The position numbers and the translations under genes were made by a program. Under the pieces are notes generated by a model. That model was not told the origin of the DNA. It searched no databases and saw only the letters and a program-made list of their open reading frames with translations. Positions 53,395 through 64,000 of a stretch of 64,000 nucleotides of DNA are shown piece by piece (the stretch's first letter is position 1; every line of letters begins with the position of its first letter). This DNA comes from Glycera tridactyla. Its lineage: Eukaryota. The stretch spans positions 44,516,001 through 44,580,000 of the forward strand of contig OZ286468.1 in NCBI GenBank assembly GCA_965644265.1, in the 5' to 3' direction.

Positions 53395-55574
53395 TTGATA
53401 TTGAAACGTGAAATTGGACCTACCAGACATCGACTCCAAACATCAAACCACCAGACATCGACTCCATACAGCAAAGGATGATGTCTCAGGGGATACGGAA
53501 ATGAAGACAAAGACATTTTACTCGCAAATTATTTGCAACCATTCTGATGATGCTTAGATTCTTTTTATCGCACAGTGACGTTATATGCGACAATATTCCC
53601 ATAGGAAGCGTCTCTGCGTGTTGGAAGTTTGAAGAGGTACGTTCCTTAAGGCTCAAACTCAAGTCAAGGGAGGTGATTTCAAAGTTGGATGAGAGATGAC
53701 AAATAACGAATATTCATATACGATGTTCTCATATGCAAAATTGGGCTCATATGATTTGAGTTTGGGCGCAAACGACAGATGAACGAGGTATAACATCTTC
53801 AAATACTCGAAATAATTACTGTAAAATTGACTTATCCGTAGATATTCGAGCAGTATATACACGTATGGGATAGTATACGATGCTAGTAAGACCTATCAAA
53901 CCTATTGCATTTGAGTTAGTCAGGTTTGAGAGGCGAGTAACAGACAAGGTTGAATGAAAATGGAAATTAGAGGCCATCCATCTGTGGTGCTGAGTAGCTA
54001 AATGAACATGCTGTTATCTGTTATCTGTTATCTGTTATCTGACCAGCAGTGTTACAGGTAGTGAAATATTGGGAGGTAGTCTCATCATGCAAATTCATAT
54101 GCTAAAGACGATATCACATTCTAGGGGACATTTGGACGTCCATTCCATAGTTTGATAATTTCGAGTCATAAAAGATATTTTGCCAATTTCGGTGACATGT
54201 GATGATGAACTCGCATATAAAGAATCACTACATTACCATTTTAATTCCCAACAAATTGTATGGCACAGAGTGGCTGGTAACCTCCAACTATTTTGGAGAA
54301 TACGGATTATATATCACGCTATCGCCACAGGCAATGTGATTCTCGTGGCTGTCAGAAAGTTCGAGATGATCAGATTGACAGCCGGACTCCAAATCACATT
54401 AGCGTTCCCCTTGGTGACCACTCTCAATTGCTTTTTTCGGGAGTCTACCTTCCGGGCATCCACCTAACAATGTTATTCGCAAATCTGATTGCCCGTCCTG
54501 AAACTTTTAGTAGGAACACAGATCAGCTTTATGAGGCGGACATGGCAAAAGTGCTGATATTACGGATATGATCGATGGGATCAGGCATTTGAGGTCACTG
54601 GTGTCATACCTTCCCCATTTGATAATCGGTATTTGATTGGAATACAATGATGATATGTCCTTATTGTTCTCGATGGGTATATACGTTTTCGGATGGAGAT
54701 GTCAATTGAAATTAATGGGGCTTGAAAAGACTCATGGATAGGGGGTTGATCTTTATCCACCTTCATCATGCTTTCTGAATATTGAATTATGTTCTTCTCC
54801 TTTCAAAATACGTGAAATTGAAGCGAAATTTGCTACTCCACCTCAAAAGATATACCAATGTCTCACCTCAGAAGATATACCAATGTCTTATCACGAAGAA
54901 TCTTGTACAACAAATTTGTCGCCATCATCGCCATAGAACGTCTGATGTGACACTCCACATTGTTTCCGGTGACAAGGTCGCTAGGCAGGGACTTCTAAAA
55001 ATTCGATAAACTCTCTGAGAACAGGGGCTATGGCTTTTATGTTTCGGACAGTGAGGCTATCCAGCCCCAGGTGCCCTCTCGTTTGTTTTAAAATAGGTTG
55101 TGTATCACTGGTCACTGCATGAACATCATCAAATGACCCCCAAAACTGATTTATGCGCTGTTTCCATCAGAATGTGATGTGTTTGGATTGATCTGTGGCT
55201 CCATAATTAGTCAGGGGTATTATCACATGTCAGGGTCGCAGCAAGTCTCATTCTCTTCGCTCACACAGTTTTATTGTTAGTCAATATTTGTGTGATGACA
55301 GAGTCGTAATCATTGCAATCATGAACAACAGGCGTGTGCCAATTTACGAGGGCAGTGCGTGGCCTGGAATGGAATGGAATTAATTGATCCATGCCTTCTT
55401 CCACTGATTGGGGTCAGTAGAAAACCATGAGAATACTCGTATCTATCACAGCACAGCGCACTTCAGCTATTACGCATATCAGACCACAACAAGAACTTAC
55501 GCCTTCCTTTCACTGATGTGATGAACGCTGGTCCGATCCATTCAGATCGATGACTTATCAGCCAATTGTTGTTG

Positions 55575-56260
55575 TTGAGAGAAAGCCATCATCGGAAGAG
55601 GTTTCTCTCCCCAATAATCAGCAGTGTCATTTATGACGGTGACATCACCATCCTCTCCACTTGTGAGAAGAAAGTCATTCATCGTGAGAGGTTTCTTTTC
55701 TCTATAATCAGCAGTACCATTTATGACGGTGACATCACCATCCTTTCCACTGTTGAGAAAGTCATTCATCGTGAGAGGTTTCTTTTCTCTATAATCAGCA
55801 GTATCATTTATGACGGTGACATCACCATCCTCTCCACTTGTGAGGGAAAAGTCATTCATCGTGAGAGGTTTCTCTTCCCAATAATCATCAGTACCATTTA
55901 TGACGATGACAACACCATCCTCTCCACTGGTGAGGGAAAAGTAATCCATCGCGAGAGGTTCCTCGTCCAAAAAATCAGCCGCGTCATTTATGACGATGAC
56001 ATCACCATTCTCTCCACTGGTGAGAGAGAGTCATTTATCGTGAGAGGTTTCTCTCTCCAATAATCAGCAGTGTCATCCATGACGACGACAACAACATCTT
56101 CTCCACTGGTGAGAGAAGGCTATTCAACGGGAGAGATTTCTCTACCCTCTTCCTCTATTATCAACAGTATCATTTATGAAGATGACATCACAATGGGGCG
56201 ATGACATCTCCATGATGAGAGAAAGCCATTCATTGGGATAGACATCTCTTTCCAATCATG
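55575..56260. repeat. ~90-bp diverged tandem minisatellite, about 7 copies
   Basis: Unit ataatcagcagtgtcatttatgacggtgacatcaccatcctctccactggtgagggaaaagtcattcatcgtgagaggtttctc.. at 55614, 55704, 55791, 55881, 55971 and 56060, decaying after that. Confidence 0.93.
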
Positions 56261-56345
56261 AGCTCTATCATCCATGATAATGATATCACCGTCTTCCCAA
56301 ACTGAGACAATAGTCAGTACATGACCAGCTCTGTTCAAGAAACTA

Positions 56346-56522
56346 CAGTCGAACCTGCTCTAGAAAACACCTCTCTATAAAGACCACCTCTCTATGAAGA
56401 CCACTTGAGCTGCCACCGTGGTAGTATTTTCAACAGTAAATGACCTCTCTATAAAGACCACCTGCCTATAAAGACCGCTTTTTGATGCGATCGAAGGCGG
56501 TCTTTATAGACAGGTTCTACTG
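56346..56522. mobile_element. Tc1/mariner(pogo)-type MITE, copy 3
   Basis: TA-CAGTCGAACCTG...CAGGTTCTACTG-TA, with 3-4 internal aaagaccacctctctat repeats. Confidence 0.9.
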
Positions 56523-59500
56523 TATATGGGAGGGATTGATCTGAGTGAATAAATGGAGAAACACCGAGGAAAAGAAAGAGTGAGAACAATAGTCGGATTT
56601 TGAGAAAGATATGAAGAGAGAACGAGACACACCTTTCAGTGAAAATGAAGAAGAGAAAGTGGGAGAAATAGGAGGGGAGATGAAAAGGAGCGGAAAATAG
56701 AGATGAAGAAATATTGGGTGGATGCTTATAGTCAAATTGCACAAGATCAGAGGGGGGGCAGAGGACTATAGAGGGGTGGAGAGAATGTGAGAGAAATGAT
56801 GAGGGGCAGATTGTCGTGAAGAGGAAGATGGAACGGCGAAAGAGTGAGTTGAAAAGAGAGGGGTGTTAAAAAGGCGGGGAGAATGAGTAAACGAGTAAGT
56901 GAGGGGAGGAGGGAGTGAAAATGAGTCTATGAGGGCAAGTGAGAGGATTCTTGTTTTGTTTCAGTGTCAGAACAAACAAATGCTTGCACCGGGGCCACAT
57001 CCTGCCATAACTTTCTCTAATTGCTCTCTCGTGTTACATATTTCAGATAACACTGCGCAGAGTAACGGTTTAATCTTCAATAAACATGATATACCCTAGA
57101 GTATGCTTTCATTCCTATGATATGATATGCAAATCCGCGTAGGAGGTATATGCAGCCGAACTCCATGTTGCTCTCAGCCTTGGTCGAATCATCAGGTCAT
57201 CGCATTCATTATAATTTCTATCATTTGTGACTTCCGGGCACTTGCGTATGGGTTTTTGGATCGTTCTTGATCGAGTTTTCATCCAATTGACGGCCGAATT
57301 CATGGACTTAACCTTTGTTCAATCCCTGAAAGTATGTTTTTGAGTTGATCAAACCCTGGTATTTATACGCAATTTCCAAATGATGTATGTAACTCCATAC
57401 ATATATCCTGAAGGAGACACATTTTTCTGAATCATAAATTCGACGGGTTTGTGTAGATGATTCATGCCTATTCGATAAAAAATAATTATACAGCCATGAG
57501 AGCTTGATGATGACGCATTGGCACAAATTAGCGCTAGGCAAAGCATCTCTCACAAAACTCATTTTTGTTGCAGACAATCCAAAAATCCACTTCAAAATCG
57601 AAAGGATAATTTTATCATCATTTCGTGACCTGATTGAAATTTGTGCCAGTACATCCTGATAGTGGAAAGCAGTACTTATCAAGTAATTCGGTACAGAATG
57701 TGATTCTCCAAAATATATATTCGTCTCGCACTGGGACAAAAAAGAGAAAGAAAGACCGACAGAGGGAGGAGGGAAGAGAGAGAGACAGAAAGAGAGCGAA
57801 ACAGAAATGTCAGACATTACTTAACATGGCGAAAACACCAGGGTGGGCCTCCAGCTAATGTCTGCTGGAAGCTGATGGGACAGGCGGCAGAAGATGCAAT
57901 AGGTTGACATTGTTATCTGCTGGCTGGGAGGATTTATGATGTGTGGCTGATGGTAAGATGTTGATGCGTTCACTGAGCCGTGTGAGCGATAGTGGGATGC
58001 TGGCAGAGATGATGGAGCGAGAGAGATGCTAACAATACATCCACCAGATGGAACATAACAAGCTGCCTGCTTCCACCTCTTACAATCACTCTCATACTGA
58101 TATTGGGAAAGTCTTAAAAGTCTTAACTCTCACTGTTCCATCACATCTTTTTGGAAAATCCTCATATATTCTCACCTCTCTATCGCACACTTGTGTGCCA
58201 CATATTTTGGCCGAGGATATAAGGCAAAATGAGGCAGTTGACTGAAGCATGACTTTTAATTCACAAAATCATAAACTAATATTGAGAGGAAATCATTTAT
58301 TACAACCCAGCTGATATGAAGGCAAAGTATGGACCAGTATCTTCACCATCTATCATAGAATAAGAAAAAATCTCCTTTTCTATCTCATGATATGAACCTT
58401 CAAGTTTCTGTGATTTTCCCTATGAGTTAACCAATGGATATAATTTCACGGGTGTGTAAACCAAAAAAAAGATTGAATTATTCAACTCATGTCCGCTCTC
58501 ATATGATACCACTGGCATTCAAAATATGTTGACAACTCATTGACCAGTCAACCACCGAACCAATAACCATGTACTGTTGAGGGAGGATCATTTGACACAC
58601 TGATTCACGTCCGATGGTTATCCTCATTCACAGTGATAAATCGTGAACTTCAAGGTATTCATTCTTGAATCACTGAACATATGCCCTGGTTTATTGTGAT
58701 AGATATGTATATGAGAGGTCATGTCTCTGCCTTTCAAATTGGAACAAAGACAGACACATTGATCAGATGGAAGGCTACATCAAGTACTTCGCCAAATCAT
58801 TCTGATGTCAACATTACATCAATACGGTTGGATGCGGCAATTTTTGGTTATAATAGGAAATGTAGTGTAATGCAATCAAAGTATTATTCTTTATATAACC
58901 TTCAGAAAATATGGGCACTCCTATGCGGCTTTCCACTCACTGTCATTTCCTTCTCTCTGCTTTTATTTGACCCCTGTCAATTTCAATTGAGTATATTGCC
59001 AAGTCTGACATCGTAAATTCCGAAATCCATATCCTGGAAGTTGGCAATCATACGTTCGATCTACTTCAGTGACCTTTTTAGATGGAATCATCATAATCTC
59101 CATCATTTGATTGGGTTCGGGTTAGATGTGTCACTGACTCTATCTACATTGTATATAGTTTATAATAGGTGAAGGTACCACCAAGAAACAACTATCATTA
59201 TTGTAGGAAATGTTATTGGTGTTGCTGCTGCTGCTCCGGCTATGCAAGTTTGTCCAAATATCCCGCCGGATGTGACGTTATAATCGGAGTGGAACTGGAA
59301 GTAAATCTAGCTAGTAGACAAGCCACCATAAGCCCCTACATTGCTTGGACCTCCTTGAATGATGTAATGGACATTCCAACCATTGACCGTTTTATCACGT
59401 CCTCTCATCGCAACCCGGTATACACAATCTTACTCACCTGGTCACTGAACTGAAATAACTACATAGCATAAAAAACATCATGTAGTCTTATCCANNNNNN

Positions 59501-62500
59501 NNNNNNNNNNNNNNNNNNNNNNNNNNNNNNNNNNNNNNNNNNNNNNNNNNNNNNNNNNNNNNNNNNNNNNNNNNNNNNNNNNNNNNNNNNNNNNNNNNNN
59601 NNNNNNNNNNNNNNNNNNNNNNNNNNNNNNNNNNNNNNNNNNNNNNNNNNNNNNNNNNNNNNNNNNNNNNNNNNNNNNNNNNNATGACGGGCTTGACAAG
59701 TCTGATACGTGCTGTCATATTGCAGAAAAACGAGCCTAGCAAAAGATCGTTCTTTGATTGCTTTCTCATGTTCTGCCTGCAATACATTACTACGCTGTCT
59801 AGCTCTCAATCATCCACACGTAGAGGGCAGAAAAATCAGCTGATTCTTTTGATTTTTGTCATTGTGAACAGCGGCTCGTACACCCCACACCCCGGATGTT
59901 GATGATATGGAATATGCGTATGAAAATATCGTGCTCCTTTGCCTGAGAGACTACGTGCAATTCAACCTGCTGAAGCGACCACATGCCTGTCGAATTCACC
60001 TGCCCAGAGAGGCTACTCTGGGTTTTGTGGCAGTAATCTCCAGTGAACAACTTGATCACAAAGGCTAGTTTCTGATGCAACCTTTGGGGATAGGTTCAAC
60101 TGAATTAGCATGTTATCTTTGCCGGCTATCAATTGTAGAATATCAAACTGACAGTCAGTCAATCGAAACTACTCCATTGAACATCTCATTTGCTGTGTAC
60201 ATATGTATATATGGCTTGTACCATTTGTATGGATGATATGATCCCCAATCAACTATCCAAGTTCATCGACATATTCGGATTGATTCAGATCAAATTCCGT
60301 TCACTAAATGAGACTCATATGATGGACTTTTGATGAAGAAATTCCCAAATTGAATAGTTTGCGTATTGTAATTGTGAATTGTCGATTTTTTTTACGAGGG
60401 TTATAGTTCACCTGCGGTGAGGGGGGATGCCCATCTTCGTTTCTTTAGAGGCTCTGATGGAGGAGGGGGGGGGGGGGTAGATAGAATGTGCAGGTGTTCT
60501 CGTGGATTTTCGCTCATGAGTTTCAAGGAATGGGGGGAATTTCGTGGAAGATTCTTCATATAAAAAAATCTGATCTCAAGTGCATCACATTCCAAAACTT
60601 TTTCAAATAGATGATGCCGCATTTGTACCATGATTAGTGATGATGAAGATTAGATATTCTACATTGGTCACTGAATACACCAGAACGCACTTGTTCGTAT
60701 ATAAATAAAGTATATGACACATGAGGAGGATGTTACTCCCAGATATAATCATATGCTTTTATGATGTTTCCATGTCAACGTGATCTTGATAGGACCCATG
60801 GGTTCAATATCCGGGTACTGCGGTGACAAAAACCCACTTAGTAACAAACATCATCTTGCATATACAGAGTGTTTTACATCAGACATCTACTTATTCCCTG
60901 TCCGCCTAATTCCTATATTCTGACTACCATATTGCAAAGCCTTGCAACTCGAACAAGCTCGCACATCTATCACTGATATCACTCAGGAATTTAATTACTA
61001 GTCAGGATTAGCCACTGACATGAGGTGGAAACTAACATTTATCAGAGTTTCCAGAGATTACTAGGGATGATCCCGCGATAATATCACTAAGAATGATATA
61101 TTCCACAGTATACTGTATCCCAACCACAAGTGTATTAGACAACATTGAACGTATATGATGATGTATACATATCCTGTGTTATATTATCCGAACTGTTAAC
61201 TGTTCCAATTCCTGGCCTTGTTCTATGTATTGATGATTTGTTCAATAAATCAATTGCAACGACTTTTGTCAATCTTTTGTGAAAAAAATAGTCATACATC
61301 AAATAAAACTGCAGAAAAAAAACAGAGTTTCGGTCTTTTGCAGTGCTGGCTGGAAAATTGTGAGGTGGGTAAGATTTATTGATTGACTGATTCAATGACC
61401 TAATCCAGCTCAAATATTGGCATCTATGCCTTATTACACGTATCAACGCATTTGATCATCAGTACATCATTTTCCTGGTATGTGGACATTGCATGCAATG
61501 TCGTTCGAAATCGCTATCACCAATCCTGAACTAAAACTTTCAGAAACATAGCAAGGTGGCAGTAGTTGGCATTCCACACACACGCATGCACACACTTCTT
61601 TGAAGGAGAGATGTATCCTAGATACATTTCAAGCAATGAATATTAAGGAAGCCTTCATGAAGCTAACACTCACGCCTGATAGCAATTTTTGAGTTGAAAT
61701 ATATATGTAAGTACGTTGAAAATATCACCCACATATCCAAGTTTTTTTTCTGGAAAATGTTCTCAGGAAACTGACATCTTTATCCATGTTAATCACAAGA
61801 TTTGGCCAACGAAAACAACAAGTTTGAGTCAAACTTCGAGTCGTTCTCCTTCAAGAATCTATCCTTTCACAAGTCTCATGGCAACTGTATGCTTAGTAGA
61901 GCGATGCTATCGGGCACAAAATACACGAGTTTTAGGCGTGTTTCTAATTAGGGGGCTGGCATGTCAGCTAGATGTAGGTAATGATGGATAACTGGCCGCT
62001 AATGGAACAGCGATTAAGTGATTAGTGTTGCATGGAAGCAATACGTGAGCTGTCAACTTGTGTTTTGCAATACTAATTGCCTTGTTATGGTGATATTACA
62101 CCTATAACGCTGCAAGATATTGCCCCGTCTTCTCTACACCTAAGCAACACTCATCCATCTTCTTTCAGTGAAGAGATGTATCCTCATTTGTAAGACGTTT
62201 CATCTCAGAGATTAGGAGTCAGTGAATGGCAGTTACCGTGGCGAGGGTAGTGATATTGAAAGATAGATTCTCTGCTGATCTCAGGCATTCACCAAGGTCA
62301 TTGCATTGGTTGCAGTGCAGTTCAGAAATCGATAATGCAATATCTTCTAACAGTTATGGGAAGACAATGAGTATAACTCGATCCGCGATATCATGAAGTC
62401 AGAATGAGTGGCAACAAATGGGAACAATTAGAACTATAAACACTTACGCCTACACGAGTGTGCAGACATTACTCTTTTTTCGGGGTTGATTGGGACTTTC

Positions 62501-62939
62501 CTACTCGAAAGATTTGTGTAAGTGGTGGAACAGAGGAATGATTCAGACCAGGTAAAGTTCCAAGAGATGGATTGATTGACATAACCCTCCAAACATCTTT
62601 ATGTCAGAGTGCCGCGCAGCTCAGCAGACAGGGGTCCATGAAAATCATGACCAGCCACTTCAAGCGTCAACTCCAGGATAGATGCAAATTTCGTCGAGTG
62701 AAACTATCGTCCTGGCCGAACCCTGCTTCTGTAATGAAGAAGACCAATTGCACTCGATATTAAAATCCAATGAGAGCTCCTATCTATAAGTGTAGGTGGG
62801 AATGCGCGCTACTTCGTTGGCAGATTTATTGCGTGTTTTGAAATTATGCTGCATGACGATCATCATGTGCATTCATGGTCACATTCAAAGCGTGACATCA
62901 CAGGCACGTGCAAATGGACAGGCATCCTCAGTTTTACAA

Positions 62940-63360
62940 TGTATATACATGTATATATATATATATATACATATGCACACGTATAGATGTATAAATAAAT
63001 NNNNNNNNNNNNNNNNNNNNNNNNNNNNNNNNNNNNNNNNNNNNNNNNNNNNNNNNNNNNNNNNNNNNNNNNNNNNNNNNNNNNNNNNNNNNNNNNNNNN
63101 NNNNNNNNNNNNNNNNNNNNNNNNNNNNNNNNNNNNNNNNNNNNNNNNNNNNNNNNNNNNNNNNNNNNNNNNNNNNNNNNNNNNNNNNNNNNNNNNNNNN
63201 NNNNNNNNNNNNNNNNNNNNNNNNNNNNNNNNNNNNNNNNNNNNNNNNNNNNNNNNNNNNNNNNNNNNNNNNNNNNNAATTGATAAATAAATAAATAATT
63301 GAATGAATGAATGAGTAAATAATAAAGTAAATAAATGAATAGATGAATAAAAAAAAAGAA
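62940..63360. repeat. (TA)n and (AAAT/GAAT)n simple repeats flanking a gap
   Basis: Directly visible on both sides of the gap at 63001-63277. Confidence 0.85.
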
Positions 63361-64000
63361 ATATGTGTGTGCGTGTGAGTGGTGAATTGGACGTGATGTC
63401 CACCATCATCCATTATCCATTATCCGAGGGTAACAGTGCATGATAGCTGGAATAGCCTGATTTATTAGGCAATATAAAACTTATCACTAGATTACCTTCA
63501 TCAGACCTACTCTGTTCTGGCCCATCACTCTTATCGATCTCCTACTCCATCCATTTTATGATGCACCTCGGACCTACTTTCATCAGCTGTATGTGTGAGT
63601 CAGACATACATGGGTCCCAACAATAGGTACCATTGTTTGATAAGGCGATGGGTTTCTTATTATCTTTGCAACCACCTCGAGTGCTATATTGTGACAACAA
63701 CCCGTCGGATATGGATATGACTGGTCAGGTGTTGAGGTTCATTCCACCTAGACAAGCTTTAGCACAAACACATTCATGATAGGAAATATGCTGTGTAATT
63801 GACTCGACAGCTCGTGTTCTGAGTTAGGATTTTTAGTTGTGGAATAAATGTCTACTGATATGCTTCGGAATTAGACTACTAGACATCTGACAGGGTCAGG
63901 GGATACTCATCATCGATGAGGAATATTGGCACATCCCAATGACTAACATAATGTATGTTTGCTATATCAAAATGATATCTAATCTCTAGTTTCCCATCAC

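Larger units (their letters stand above)
20558..63277. other. Eight assembly gaps: 20558-20764, 33926-34495, 35182-35320, 40014-40155, 42408-42634, 51539-51669, 59495-59683, 63001-63277
   Basis: Runs of N. Several abut microsatellites. Confidence 0.99.

Noticed and set aside
62600-62735. Strong minus-strand acceptor (ggtcttcttcattacag|) before a GC-rich stretch
   Set aside because: All frames reach a stop before any plausible donor. No homology recognised.

Overview
Eukaryotic, AT-rich, repeat-dense scaffold segment with 8 N-gaps. It is probably from an animal, and the repeat types suggest an invertebrate (inference). I could not identify any protein-coding gene with confidence. The long ORFs in the track are by-products of tandem repeats, microsatellites or N-runs. 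Well supported by the sequence: seven unrelated minisatellite arrays (units of 14, 37, 52, 54, 70, ~80 and ~90 bp; the 52- and 80-bp arrays show higher-order periodicity); three or four copies of a TA-flanked Tc1/mariner(pogo)-type MITE; one tRNA-derived SINE; a decayed LINE reverse-transcriptase C-terminal fragment; several diverged local duplications; and many microsatellites. Only weakly supported: a CpG-rich promoter-like patch near 24.3-25.3 kb and a few isolated splice-site-bounded candidate exons, so the window may be largely intronic or intergenic. There is no CRISPR array, rRNA, true tRNA or intact transposase/RT gene. I found no evidence for a novel multi-gene system. The findings are mostly hypotheses about repeat structure and regulation.
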